Positions 24,901-39,045 of a stretch of 64,000 nucleotides of DNA are shown piece after piece. Numbering within the stretch: the first letter of the stretch is position 1; every line of letters begins with the position of its first letter. A program made the position numbers and the translations under genes. Location of the stretch: the NCBI GenBank assembly GCA_012295275.1, contig CM022677.1, positions 7,626,001 through 7,690,000 on the forward strand, written 5' to 3'. Source of the stretch: Chrysomallon squamiferum (lineage: Eukaryota > Animalia > Mollusca). The notes below the pieces were generated by a model that saw nothing but the letters and a program-made list of their open reading frames with translations, was not told the origin of the DNA and ran no database searches.

Positions 24901-27900
24901 CAAAATCAACATTAAAAAATGATACATGTTCAATCATTACTGCAAACTTCAAAATTCTTTTTTCTTCACAGTAATGCCTAATTTTGCAGTAAATATTTCT
25001 TATTATGTGAATTGAGTCTGTGTGTATTATTGTAACTCTGTTAGTTCCTCAAGGCTGTTAAAGCAAACATATTAAAGTATGAATTATACTATAGGTTGAT
25101 TTAATTAACAAAATGTAAATATACAACACCAAAAGCAAATGACCTATCTTCTTTATCTGGCACTCAATCCAAACCCCAGTTCAGCAACAGTTTTATTTCA
25201 TGGATAATCATATTAAAACTAATTTCACAAAAAAATGTATTTGACAGAAAATGAAAATTAGCTTTGACAAAAAGAACAAAAACATGTAAGGATAAAATAA
25301 TGCATAAATAATAATAATAATAATGTTGTCTCTTGGTAATTAAATTAACAAAATATTTCAGAAGCTGAAAACTGAATTGTTAATAAATTAAGTTAGATAT
25401 AATCTAAGTTAATATCTCCAGATATTTTTCAATGTCAGTTGAAAAAATAAACTCTATTCACCATTTACACAAATGAAATAAACATACTTCACAAACATTT
25501 TCTTTTCTGGAAGCTTCATACTAATTTCAGCCTGTGAGCTTTCCATCTCATTTGGAAAATCACCTTCTTGACTGAAAGAAACAAAACAAAGATAAAATAC
25601 AAGTACTGTATATGTTGCACTATTGGAAATATAAAAATAACAAATATGAATAATGAAATAAATAATTATTAAGTTCAGTGGTCATTTTCTTTATTTTATG
25701 TAACTTATCAAGCCATCTTGTAACTTCAAATAAAATGATTTTGTTCAAGGTAAACATCACATAGCAAGAACAGAAAAAAAATATTACTGCAATTCCAAAT
25801 AATGCACTTGTTTGTAAATTTTACTAATTTAAAACCTAACTAAGTTATAAGAAAAATAAAATAAAAATAAAATAAAAATAAAAATAAATAATTATAGAAC
25901 AAAATCCAACAGTGGCAAAAGAAACAAGCAATAATAAGAATTACAAAATATAATTATAATTCTAATATAATAATTCTAATATAATTCTAGTATGTAACAT
26001 ATATATGCTTTTCCTGGAAACGTGATATCTCAGTTTTGTGTGATTCCCTGTTACCTAGAGGGAGTGAAAAAACAAAAAATTGAAAAAAATAAAATCAATA
26101 AATAAATGAATATGACATTAGATATGTGTCTAATTTAGTTTTTAAAAAAAAAGATAAAAACTGAAAATTATTTTAGAAATGACTCACCAATCCTGGAAAT
26201 ACTCAGAGTGGGGATCTGAAACTAATCCATAATCCATATTCTCTGACAGGAACAGGATATCATCCTGTGATTTCCACTGAACATTAATAACAAGAATCAG
26301 AAAGTAAGAGAAAACAATTTCAACAAAAACATTGATAACAGACAAACATTTTACATTATTCAAATAGTTGTAAATTCTGTAAATGAAATAGTGAAGTAAA
26401 TTCAAAATATCTGTTTATTGTTTATTGTTGAGATACATTATTCTGTAATATAACAATAAGTGTGTATATGTGTGTCTTTTGGGTGATTTTTTTTCTGTTC
26501 ATTAAGCAATTACCTTGTGACATTGTTAAGGTCTAGAATCCATGTTTTGATGATTTTCTTGTAAAAGTTCTTTTCAACAAAAGGATCAACACCTTTTGGT
26601 TCCAGCATGTTCATCAGTCTGATGAGATGTTCTTCAGGCTGAAAGTTAAGTAGCAACAAAAATTATATATTAGGAAATGAAACGTGTAAAAGAATTAAAT
26701 AAAAATATTGATAACTAGGACAGTATATCTACATTGTAAAATGATACTTTACAGCATATTAAGAATTGGTCTGATAAAGCACAACATTATATTTATTGAT
26801 TTACTTCAAGCTGGTCATTAATTTCACTGCATCGCAGTTATTCGAGATTTGCTTTTGTTCTGAATCTTAGACATACCTAAGAAATTTGATGACGTAACCA
26901 CTTTTTTAACAACAGCATTCTCACCTCCTCCATCAACATCAGGATTTTCTGCTGATTATTAACTTACACAGTGTAAGCAAAATCATTCCTGGCAAAATCT
27001 GCAAATATAAAACAAATAAAACAGTAAAAGACGACAGAATCTATTCTCTGCAGGAGTTCATCATCAGCAGCAGAAACATACTGCCACTGCTTCCAAAGAC
27101 ATCCATTTTATAGCAGAAGGGAAGATGATAGAAAGTGTAAATGGGAAAATAAATGAAAATTAATAATAATTAAGATACCAGCTATAACATGCAAATTCCA
27201 CATATTTTAAAATACATTTTAAGTTAAAATTGTCCTTTTTCTCTCTCAAAATAAACTGATTCATCCACAAACATTAAACTTTTACAGAAGAGCAGTTTAC
27301 ATTATAAAACCCCAGTTTACATGCTTTTAAACCCCAGTTTTCATTCATTAAGAATGATCCTGTATTTTTTATTTAACATGGCCTTAAGTAGACATTTTTT
27401 TTAGAAATGAGGTAAAAACAGTTACTTGCTGATAAAACTGCTGTCTGATGTTTTTTAAGCCAGTTATGTCTTTCATCACTATGATGCCAGTACCTTCAAA
27501 TAGTAACCATAGACATAAATGAATTCATTAGGTGGATATAGTTTTTACCGGAATAGAAAATTATTGTTTATATTTTTTAAATAAAATCTTTATACAAAAA
27601 AACTACAATAATAAAAAATAAAAAATAAAATAAAAAGATTGCAATTTTGGTATGAGGTATTTGTCTCACATGCCTTAATTTAGTTATGGCCATGTTTAAT
27701 ATTTATTTGAAATCTTTCACTGTCATATAAATGATATTAAAATATTGTAAATGACAAAATTAATATATGATTTTTATATTGTCTTCATCTCTCAAGATTT
27801 TTATACAAGGAAGCCTTTTACTGATACTGGGAAAATTAATGTTTTCGACTCCCACATCATTTATGTCAGCTTTGAAAAAAATATTAAAAAATGTTGTAAT

Positions 27901-28939
27901 ATCAGAAAACATAATAGGAAATATATCATCAGTAACTATTGCATACAGACATCATACGAACAAACCCTATGAAAACCTGAAGATCTAAGATTCTACTGTT
28001 TAAGTTAGTTTTCACTGGGAAGTTTATTTAATACACAGTTTTATTTATCTTATTTTATTTTATTTATTTTTAAAATTTTATTTATTTAATTATTTAATAT
28101 ATGTTTACCATTTCACAAGCAAATCTGAAAAGAAAAACACCTACATTTTTACCACCTGTTTATTTATTTATTTATTACCTTAAACACTCAACACTGATAG
28201 TGTCAATCAATAAAAAAGAAACAAGAAGCAATCTTTCTCTTACAGTGATAATAAAGTTTATACAAAATAATTTCACCAACTGATTTGATTATTTATCCTA
28301 AAGTAACCTAATATTTGCAGCAGCAATTAAGTTTAAATCAAAATCCACTTTTCTTTTTCAAAATGAATATTTAATGGCCCACATTTGTTTTTTGGGCCAC
28401 CATATATTTTAGATGAGTTTTCAGCTCTGTGTGTGTGTTTTCCAATACTTGTCACAGTGTTTTTAAACCTCCTAGACATAACAACAAGAATAAATATTGG
28501 CTCTGTGACACCGAGACATTCTGGTAATTCCAAATAATCATGTTAAGACAATCCCATGTTGTTGTTTTTTGATGATTATAGGATTTGAACAGTAAACACA
28601 TTCACAAGAAAAATTTAAAATGTTGAAAGAATTATAGAAATAAATGTAGATAAAAAAAAGGTTTGTCTTGAAAGTTCTGTTCTGCATTATTTCACTTTTA
28701 CCTTAGGCAATGGTTTCAATTTGTTTACATTAATTTCAGAGAAGTAACATGCTGCTGTTTGTTCAATTCCGTGTCTCCTACCAAGTTTACAGATCAACAA
28801 AATTCATTTTCTGTTGTTTTTTCATTTTAAAATGGGAACATAATCTCATCTGCATTACAGTTATTTTCAAAGATTAGCAGAATTAGTAACAGACAGACCA
28901 CCAATCACAGACTGTTCAGTTTCGTCCAACTAATGGAAT

Positions 28940-29735
28940 TCGCCTCCAGCTTTTATAACCTGCAAGGATGAAATCTCACATACTTTTGTCATCCTGGCCA
29001 AGAACAAAACTAGAACGTTTCTTCTCCTGTTTTGTAGTTCATGTCATCACTGGTTTGTGAACAACATCTGATGATTTACCCTGATGTCATACAGTCATTT
29101 AAATCCACTTTACCATCCAAACCAAAGTTATAATAGTGAATTCACCACACTTTGTCAATCACAGCTGGAGTTGTTTGTTGAATAACTGCAGCTAAACAGA
29201 ATCATGTTGCCAAATCAATGTAAGGAATGTAACCTGACTTCCATTTTTTTAGATCCAGAGCCACATCATTAAATTCTGATGCAAATGGAAAACACACGAT
29301 ATGTCTGGATGAAGTTCTTTTGAATTTCGTGTATATATTGCAAGTTTCCTCCACTACATAAATTAATGCCAGCTCTTGAATCGTCGTTATCATTTACTTG
29401 TTTCAACAAATGTGTCACATCGCTGTAGTCGGCACCAGTTTTGATGATCTTCTTGTAAAAGTTGTCGTTCTCTGTGACACAAATCAGCTCCGTCTGGTAA
29501 CTTAAACGCTAACATATACGGCTGCAAGTTCGTCTTTTTTATATTTTCGTTAGCAAAGTCGCCATTCTATCGTCTTTCATCAACGCCGAGTTCACTAAAC
29601 ACTTTATCAGGATGGACCCTTCACTTTCATGCAATGATAACGCTTTCACTATTTCTTTTTCCAAATCTATACTATTCTGCTAACGCTTTAATTTCATCCA
29701 TCCATCTGCTGTACGTTTTGTAACTTTCGGTCGGC
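28940..29735 (-). mobile_element. Multiply deleted Ty1/Copia (GalEa-like) retrotransposon remnant
   Basis: Minus strand gives, in order, gag pieces (KTYSRWMDEIKA, DLEKE..ALSL.ESEGS, DKVFSELGVDE, KKDELAAVY, MLAFKL.DGADL..RERQL, TGADYS), integrase start (CNIYTKFKRTSSRHIVCFPFASEFNDVALDLKKWKSGYIPYIDLAT*F) and integrase tail (VLGQDDK...VRFHPCRL). No LTR seen. Confidence 0.7.
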
Positions 29736-32700
29736 GTCTTCAAATAAAAAAGAAATTAACAACAATGCCCTGTACCAAGATAAAATCCATCGTCAAACCC
29801 ACACTTAAACGATACATTACTCCAAAAAACATGAATAACAAGCACTCCTTCCGATAGAGTTCCATACACAAATCCAACACCAAACGTAATTGGCTGAATT
29901 ATAAAACAGTGACCTATGATTTGATCTGTAATAAACATATCCATCCAATCAACACTATTATAAGTTCTGCTGCAATCAAACTCAATTACTGATTAACCAT
30001 CCCGTTGTGGAATGCACACCAATTTAAAAATGGTTTTGAAAAAAAAAAAAAAATCCATGTGCATTAACTTTATCTTAATATTTATAGTTACTTTTATTAT
30101 GTATTAATAAATATTGTATAAAAATGTATACTACTTTATTCAGTATTTACGTATTAGTTTACATTATATTTCTTATAAAACTTTTGTCATTTATTAAAAT
30201 AGAAATATATTTTAAAGTCAAAATGTAGAAGTATATTTACTTTTATATTCTCATAATTTTTAAAAATATTTAAAAAATCAATAAATAAATAAAAGAGAAA
30301 AATCTCAGGTCTTGTATTATTTTCCTGTGCAGTTTCTCCAGCTTAAAAAAGCACATTAATTTATATTTCTCCACATTTCTCTGCATCTCTTTATAGAAAA
30401 ATAATACCTCCTTCTCTGACTATCTCTATGTTGAACAGTTTACATAATAACGTATCCAAGTAACATTATATATTTTATTAATTTATTATGCAATCTCGTG
30501 TTATCTCAAGTTATCAGTAAAAAAAGTATGTGACATCGTTCTAAAGTAAAAACATTTAATACCACTTGCAGAAACTATTTATATATTTGATAAATAAAAG
30601 ATTCTCATTATGTTGTTTTCTATTATTCTCTAATCTATATAATATTGATAATTACAGAAATTATAAATGGTATTATGGTTAATGTTTTGTATGTAACATT
30701 TTGAGATTATATATAAAAAAATAAAGAAAGGTCTTATTAGTGGAAGAAACGGGATCCCGCTGGGCTAAAATGAAATTTTTTTATCTATCACAGTTTAGTT
30801 ACATTGAAAATTACAGATAGAGGCAAATCTTCTGGAGTCACAACGGTTATACTGTTTGTGTAATGACTAGCGCTATGGCCATAAGGTTGCAAGAAACCCA
30901 GGGGATATTTACCATGTTCTGATACATTACAACAATCAGCACTTGAGTTAGCTACTGAAGATTTATTTGATGCACTGACAACCGTCATGTGTTTTGAAAA
31001 AACTAATTAGTTTAGATGAATCGCTTTGATTTTGCTGATAAGAATATTCACACATGTCCCACACAGGCACTACAACAATGAAGAAGTGTTTTGATATTTA
31101 TTTGACAATGGAAATTCAGTTTAAATTCTAATTAAAAATGAAAATGTAGGTTTTTCTGTCTGTCCTTTTCTTTTTGTTATTTTTCTTTATTTTATTTTAT
31201 TTTTACTGAAAAGCAAGTTTATTAAATATGCATTTAATTATTACAAAGACATTAATAATAACTTAAAAAACAAAAACTTATTACACATTGTTAAAGTGAA
31301 AAAGTGAAGAGTAAACTCAAAAAGTAAGTTTATGCTAAACATTTCACTAGAGCAAAAAAAATGAAAATTTACTTTTCCACGTTCAATACCAAAATAGTGG
31401 CGTTTTTAATCATCCAACGTATTGTAAATTTACTAAATTTATTAAATTAAAATTTATCCTTTCTTTCTTTATTATTATTTGTTCCTGCAAATATTTGCAG
31501 ATTACTTTTAAAGGTTATTTATTTCATTCTTTTCTTTTCTTTTTTTTCTTTGTCAACAGTAAAACATATTTCCTGTATGAGCAGGATTGTTATTGTTATT
31601 ATAAAACAAAGATCAGAGGTTACACCGATGCCTATCAGAATTAATCTACATTCTTAATATTTCGTTAAATCAAAACAATGTCCTAGACTTTCTGGTAAAA
31701 TAAAACGTAAACTTCGTCGGAGTATCTCATTGTTATTTGTGTAAACTGCGGTTATAAAATAAAATATCATATTAAACTGTTCTAGCGAGATTACAACTTT
31801 TTATATTTCAGAACATATACTGGTATTTTGATATCTAACTATGAATGTATCTAACAGATATCACATTAACAACAAGCATTCTCACTTTTTACTATTAATC
31901 CGGAAGACGAAGATAAACGACTTAGTTTCTCACTTTTTCACGTATAATCGCTTAAACCGGAGGAATAGAAATATATACAAACCCCAGCTATATTTCTCAG
32001 AGATTGTCAGTATCATCATTTGTAGGTACCTCCAGCTTGGGCATTCTTTTATTCTCTATGGTATATTATAATAAAGTGTATTATGCAAAACTGCTCCTTA
32101 TTTTTATTTTATTTTTATTTTTATTCGATTAAATTCATTAATTATCACTTCACTTCTTAATTAAGATATGACGTAAATATCCATGAAAATTAATTTAAGT
32201 GTAACTAATAGAATTCGATCTCAATTTCATTTTATCTATATATGAATAAATTGAAATCGAGCGAACATTAAGGGTTTTCATAGTAAGACTACTTCTAGTT
32301 ACCGTCTTAATTGTATTGCCCTTTATATATATATATACACACACACACACACATACACACACACACACCACATATTAAAACACATCAAAGGCAGAAATAG
32401 CAGAAAATTTATGTTAATGCCAAAATATGTTAATTTTAAATACGGTATTGTGTTTTATTATCACTGTACCATTTATTATTACAGAATATTGTTTGATATA
32501 TACCACGTTGAAATACATTGCAGCATACCTTGTCAAACTTTATTTTCTAATACTTGTCAGAATAGAACTAATGTAAACTAAAGTTAACCATTAATTTAAA
32601 TATTCTAATAATAATAATGATATATATATTGATAGCATCGAGGATTACATCTGTTATATTACTGTTGCAGTTTGGTTTTTGGAAAGATATTACAAAATAC

Positions 32701-32799
32701 GTGGTACAGTATAATGCTTCGATAATTTTAGGAACAGAACAGATGCAAGATATTTTATACTACTCACATATTACAACTTGAATTAATATTATAACATTG

Positions 32800-33330
32800 T
32801 AAATACTTTTAACGTTTTACTTACTACATTTTATACGAATACAAATAATTCTACATCTTTCTTGTTACCACTAGTACTAGTACTAACAATTTTACTTGCT
32901 GCTGCTGGTGGTATGAACATTTTTACATACGATATGTCACCACCTGTATTTACACTACATGCTACTACTAGTATTAAGATTTTTACTCTATGTTACTATG
33001 TGTATTCACATTTTTACCTATGACATATCGATGCTGAAATTTCACTTGTAAATTTACTACACGTTACTAGTACCAGCATTTTTACTGCATGATACTACTA
33101 GTACTAACATTTTTACTTACGATACTGAAATTTATATTTTAATTCGTACAGCTTACTACTACTATTATTATTTTTACTATATGTTACTACTTGTATTAAC
33201 AGTTTTACTTACTACGTGTTACTACAAAGATTTCCATTTTTACTATCTGTTACTTACTACTGGTATTAATATTTTTACTTACTACATCTCACCCATTAGC
33301 ACTTTTACTTACAAAGTGTTATTACTTGTG
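32800..33330. repeat. Highly diverged ~35-40 bp minisatellite (TACTAGTACTAACATTTTTAC core)
   Basis: Recurrent ...CTACTAGTA..AACATTTTTACT... motif. Confidence 0.55.
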
Positions 33331-33377
33331 TTTCAATGTTATTCGTGTATGTATATATATATATATATATATATGAT

Positions 33378-33423
<46 letters not shown>

Positions 33424-33989
33424 ATCACTAATGTACAAGACAGGCCTTGCTTGTATTTGTATGATTAACACTAAAGAGTAATTACAAATTCTGACTAGGA
33501 CATTTTCAAGAAAATTCGAAAGTCATGTATACACTAATCCTGCTCTATAGCTACTATTACTTCTGTACTACAACTATGCTACTACTACTCTACTACTACT
33601 TCTTTTTGCCTACTGCTATCTATAACTACAATTGCCCTGCTGCTGCTGCCACTACAATTACAATTACATATTCTGCCTGTGTTACTTCACTATGCTATAA
33701 AATCGTTGGGAAAGTAAGTGCCGTTAATACTGGTGAAATAACTTTTAGTAAATTTATTTGAAATGATTTAAGTTTATGAATTTCGAATTGTGATGTTTTA
33801 AAAATATTATTTCTCATGATAAATATTAATAATTTTGTTGTTATGTTTTACAGAGTAACTTGTGATCAACATCTACTGTAGGCAGATAGATTACATTAGA
33901 AAATACAGAGATTATATACTGTAGGGTCAAAATATTTTGACGCTCTTTTTGCGTTGGATTCTCAAAAATTATATGAAAATAGCAGATAT

Positions 33990-34625
33990 TCCGGGAATAG
34001 GGCAACAAAGATCCTATGTAAGTTAAATAGTGAAAAAACTCGTACCTTATTAAATTACCAGTTTCAGCAGATGAAGTGACTTTAAAAGATTTTAAACGAG
34101 CTCCCTTTACGAAAGTTTGTTTACGCAACTTCCACCAGCTTTGTGTAGGGACGCCAATAACACTGTCGTCACAGCGCAGAATTGACGTCACAAAACCCGA
34201 GCCAAATACGATATTTGGTGCCCGGAATCTCGGCATCTCATTGGTTAAACTAATGTTTATATAAACAATGTAGATGTTTTTATTTATTTATTTATTAAAT
34301 TATTAATTTATTAATTATTAAAAACAGTATAAATAAAATTTTATTTTCTAAAGAGATACTTTTATGATATTAAACAGTATGTATTTTATTATTATTATTA
34401 TTATTATTATTATCTTTGCTAACAAATATTTTTAGGTGATACTCTGTAAAAATATAGTCTAAGTACATTTTAGATATTTTCTCAGAATAGTGTTAGTATA
34501 TTAAACAGACAGCTTAGTAATTTTACATTACTATAATTAATTCTGAAAATAAGCTGAGGCCAGGATGTGATCTCTGAGCCTGTTACTTTATAGATTAACC
34601 ATAACAGCATTGTTAAAAATGTGAG

Positions 34626-34671
<46 letters not shown>

Positions 34672-35341
34672 CTTTTATTCAACATTTCATTCATATTTCA
34701 TTTTATTTTAATTTCTTAATATTATTTTTTATTGTTTTTATTTTTTAGTGAATGTCTTCATACTCTGACTGGAAAGGAAGTAATACTTTGGATGTCAAAT
34801 GGCAGGTCAAAAACAAAAAATTGAACCTTACTATTATTATTATTAGTAGCAGTAGTTGTAGTAGTAGCAGTAGTAGTAATAGTAGAATTGTATTACTATT
34901 GTTTTTATCATTATTATTATTACTACTACTACTACTACTACTACTATTATTATTACTATTGTTTTTGTTGTTGCTGTTGTTATTTTATTTTTATTACTGT
35001 TGTTAAAGTTATTATTACTATTATTTTCATGTTATTATTAGTATTTCTTTTTCTTTCTCATATATCTCCGTTTCTTTTTCTTTAGCAAGAAATAATATTA
35101 CACAGTTTATTCTGATATTTATTGATCTATATTTAAATATTACATGAAATTTATGTTCATAAGTCTTATTTATATACAGTAAAACATTTATTTTATTAAG
35201 CAGGTGAAAATTCTGGATTTTATACAGGGAATAGGATGCTGGCAATCTCAGTAAACTTTTGTGAGTGTCTGTGTTTATGTATGTGCGTGTGTGTTTTCGT
35301 GATTGTGTGAGTGTGTGTTTGTGTGTGTGTGTGTGTGTGTA

Positions 35342-35411
<70 letters not shown>

Positions 35412-36291
35412 AAAGTTGTATATGGTAGAGTAATAAGAGAACATTTGGGGTATTTTCTCATCACACAAATACGTTAACACACCACACCCTAGATCTGTAC
35501 CTGCTGTCTTCTGTACAGAGAAATATCTATTTAACTTACTGTTTAGATGTTATAATTACTAATGTTGATATTTATTAAAATAAATATAATTTTTTCATTT
35601 TCTGTTATTGCCTTGTTTTTTGTTACCAATGCCGCTTTAAGATAAATTTGAATGAACTTTTACGAAAGCAATAAACATCTCTACCAAAACCCAGTAACAG
35701 TAATCTAAATAATCCATTGAAGAAATCTGTGAATATTATTACGCTTCACTAATCTTGACTTCAGAAAAACAGTTGATTAAAGATGTGCACATTTCAGCAT
35801 CTCTGAAAATGTATCCGTTTTCATACAACATGGTTATTGTAAACACTCATGTGACAACAACTGTGATTTCTTCAAGTGAGGATAATGTAAATTATGTTAA
35901 CTCTCTCCCTTGATCGCTGACTGCAAATCATAAAATGTAAATTGGTATTTCCATTAGTTTGTATATTTCAGTAAAAATACTGAGTCCTTTTTTCACATTC
36001 ACAGTTTACAAAAGATATTTTACTTATACATTCAGATTCAGAAAATAAATTTAAATAGGAAAACGTTTACATTTTTTTATGCAAACAGGTACATATGGAT
36101 GTATATACACTCGCAGATAATACATATTTCATTTTCTGAAGATTTTACAAAATAGAACCATTAATTAAAACGTTAGTATGTGGATACATGGTAGCAAATA
36201 AAACGTTTAGAGCAAATATATTTTGATATTCATTTTATAAGTCAGAAATTAGCATTACAACATATATTATATTGATAATTACAGATGTAGA

Positions 36292-36338
<47 letters not shown>

Positions 36339-38745
36339 ATCTAGAATGAAATTCCATATCTACACAATAATATAACCGATAATCTCTAATAAGACAATAC
36401 AATAAAACTGCTTCTTATTTTGTTATCAGTGGGTAAAATTATCAGTGCAAATAGCGGTACACTTTAGTTAAACATCAATGTTCTATTAAAAGTTCATAAA
36501 TAAATCAATCTATAAATAATCAGATAAATATATTTTTATATGGTTAAATATATTTTGATATAATTAAATATTTTTGATATAATTAAATATTTTTGGATAT
36601 GATTAAATATATTTTGATATAATTAAGTATTTCTGACTTAATTAAATATATTTTGATATGATTAAATATAATTTTGATATGATTACATAATTTCTCATTA
36701 TATTATATTATAAATAAATCAGTTTATTATTATTTTTTGCTTGTTTTTTAAAAAGAAGTGTTTAGTTTTTATCTCGACAGAAACAATAAACTAAGAATAA
36801 AACTGATTTCTCTGATAACTTTACGAGTCATTTTTATATCCGCACTCAGAACAGTTCTAATGAAACTAAAATAATAGCGTCAGACATATATAGGAAGCTT
36901 CCGTTTTTACAGAAAAATGAAAACAAAATAAAAAATAAAGATACTATTATTGTTGTTATTGTTCTGCTGTTGACAAAAAAGAGGACAAATATGCTTCATT
37001 GTTATATAGATTATTACTGGTGGAGCGGTTATAGTAATATCTAAAGTAATAACATGTTCACCTTCTTTGTTCTCAGCTAATCAGTACATACTATCGTGAT
37101 TCCAGGGAATTAACTCTGATATTTTTAAATATAACCTAATCTACAAGTCACTGGAATTGTCTCATTTATGTATGAGAATGGTTTTTATTTTTACTATGAC
37201 AGATGAGGAAACATTAATGAAATATACATATTTATATAATCTGTTTTTTCTTTGAGTGTCTGAATGAAAGTAAAATATCTTATTCAGCCGTCTCTTTCAT
37301 TCACTTAGCTTCGTCTTTGTCACTGTCTCGTTGTCTCAGTCTCATTCTCTGCCTCATTCATGTGTTTTATAATTATTTTTATAATTATCTCTTTTATAAT
37401 TATTTTATTTATTTGTTGTATTTATTATTATTAATTATTTAGTTAATTATTTTATTATTATTTTAAATTTTTGGGCTTGGATATAGTCAGAAATTAAAGT
37501 GAAGAACAGAGCTAGAAGTGACATCACTGTATTTCAAACTCAGTGTGCAGCCAGTTAACTAAATTTTCAGCAGAATCAAAACAGTCTTAAATTCCACCAG
37601 AGCGTTAGACAAATTTGAACAGTTGACATCTAGTTTTTTAATGAAATATTTGTTAGAATTGCAACAATACAAATAACTTATTTTTCTCTACTATCAGATT
37701 TTGCAAAAAAACATATTGTTACTTCACTTAGTATTTTATCAAGAGAGAATAAAAATAACAAACTCACATTAGCTATTTCTGAATAAAGAAAATCAATTTG
37801 AATTATTTGATTTTTTTAAATTATTATTACTATTATTATTTGTATTACCCTTACTGTTGTTATTACTATTATTATTATTATAATTACTAATGTATTATTA
37901 TTATTATTATTATAAATAATTCTGCCTATTGACTGGGTTCCTTCATTTTGAAAAAAAAACTAAACAACATTCTTAGCTGAAATAGATGAATTTTTTATTG
38001 CATACAAATTAACATTAAACATGATAACGCCCATTTCCCATCGTGATGTTTGCTTTATAATGAAGTAACTATTCACACCAGCCCAAAAAACACATTTACA
38101 GATTCAATATGTACATTTACAATGTCTTTGTGTTTGTTTTTACTGATCTAGGTTTCCAAAGGGGACATTTACATATAATTAAATTTGAATAGATTATATG
38201 CCATCAAATGAGAAATTTATATCATTTAAAATTTAAAATTAATGTGTTGACACAATATATTTTTAATGAATTTTTGTTTTTTTATAGATAATTGGGCCAA
38301 CTAAATGGAAAAATGAAGACTGGTGAATATTAGTAATAATTTTGATAACAGTAGTAATAGTAGTGGTAGTAATAATAGTAGTGATAATAATAATAATAAT
38401 AATAACAATAATAATAATAATAATAATAAACTAGTAATAATAATAACAATAATAATAATAATAATACATTCTTTACATTTCACCATTTGATATGAGACAT
38501 TAACTTGAAAGACTCTGTCATTATCCATACAGAAATGACTGAAATAATGTTCTTAAACACTTAATAAAAAAATTCATACATATATATATATATATCCAAT
38601 CCTTAGAAAATATTATAATACAGGATGGTATAAATATAAAATTACAGTAAGATTTTTTTTTCATGATGACTATGAGTGAATTACAAATTCAATAGTTTAA
38701 CAAAGATACATCTGTTATGAATGATCAATACAGATAGTAAACTAC
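33990..38745 (-). repeat. Copy 2 of triplicated block (inverted vs copy 1, direct vs copy 3)
   Basis: 33990-34830 ~ 57760-58450; 35410-36120 ~ 59010-59770; 36330-37140 ~ 60440-61110; 37150-38620 ~ 62420-64000. Segment 35760-38745 is the reverse complement of 3140-7745 with indels. Confidence 0.9.
34002..34098 (+). pseudogene. DIX-domain N-terminal fragment (Dishevelled-like), copy A
   Basis: ATKILCKLNSEKT[1-nt deletion]YLIKLPVSADEVTLKDFKR matches the Dishevelled DIX consensus ETKIIYH.D.EETPYL.K.P.....VTL.DFK. Confidence 0.75.
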
Positions 38746-38747
38746 TT

Positions 38748-39045
38748 TTGATTGGATAATATGTGTGAGAAAATCATTTTGATTGGTTTAAAAAACAGTT
38801 TGTAATATATATTTTGATAAATAATATATAAATATCAAATGTGATATAAAACTGACTGTTTTATTTTTATGTGAATATTTTTCTTTGTCTGATGTCATGT
38901 TATGAAACAGGACTTTTCAATGGTTAAAACTCAGATCTATTCTACTGTTTGACTGGCCAGAAGTTCTAAGAAATAAATAATTTCATTGGTTAATTATTAA
39001 AGCTGTTCCTATCTTCATTGGTCAGCTGACGATCCAATCACCTCT
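38748..39045. promoter_or_regulatory. Cluster of CCAAT/ATTGG boxes
   Basis: GATTGG at ~38750 and ~38782, CATTGG at ~38984 and ~39016, CCAATC at ~39034. A GTAAG donor-like site lies at ~39163. Function unproven. Confidence 0.25.

Larger units (their letters stand above)
15550..27106 (-). pseudogene. 18-exon unprocessed pseudogene, KASH5/CCDC155/LRMP-like (EF-hand-like N-terminus plus long coiled coil)
   Basis: Exons on the minus strand, 5'->3': 27082-27106 (ATG, MDVFGSSG), 26805-26998, 26514-26638 (PEEHLIRLMNMLEPKGVDPFVEKNFYKKIIKTWILDL), 26188-26276, 26009-26054, 25488-25571, 24084-24227, 23693-23730, 23441-23592, 22305-22421, 21649-21739, 21315-21362, 21078-21092, 20850-20948, 20702-20728, 19833-19940, 19281-19364, 15550-15786. 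All have AG acceptors and GT donors (two GC). Intron phases chain correctly except for one inferred frameshift in 22305-22421. About 9 internal stops. Family call rests on recalled KASH5 motifs. Confidence 0.75.

Noticed and set aside
15550-27106. Alternative genetic code (TAA/TAG = Gln) making the gene intact
   Set aside because: A TGA stop and an inferred frameshift also occur, and neighbouring transposons are decayed in the same way; pseudogenisation is simpler.
29760-29995. Possible Penelope-like post-RT fragment on + (DRVPYTNP...IIKQ*PMI) or 62-aa minus ORF
   Set aside because: Too short and degenerate to support either reading.
30788-30988. 66-aa minus ORF, or a 'LKITD' kinase-like word on the + strand
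   Set aside because: No DFG or other kinase motifs; chance match.
33841-34236. 131-aa minus-strand ORF
   Set aside because: Antisense to the DIX fragment, has no recognisable domain, and is not preserved in the paralogous copy at ~57.8 kb.
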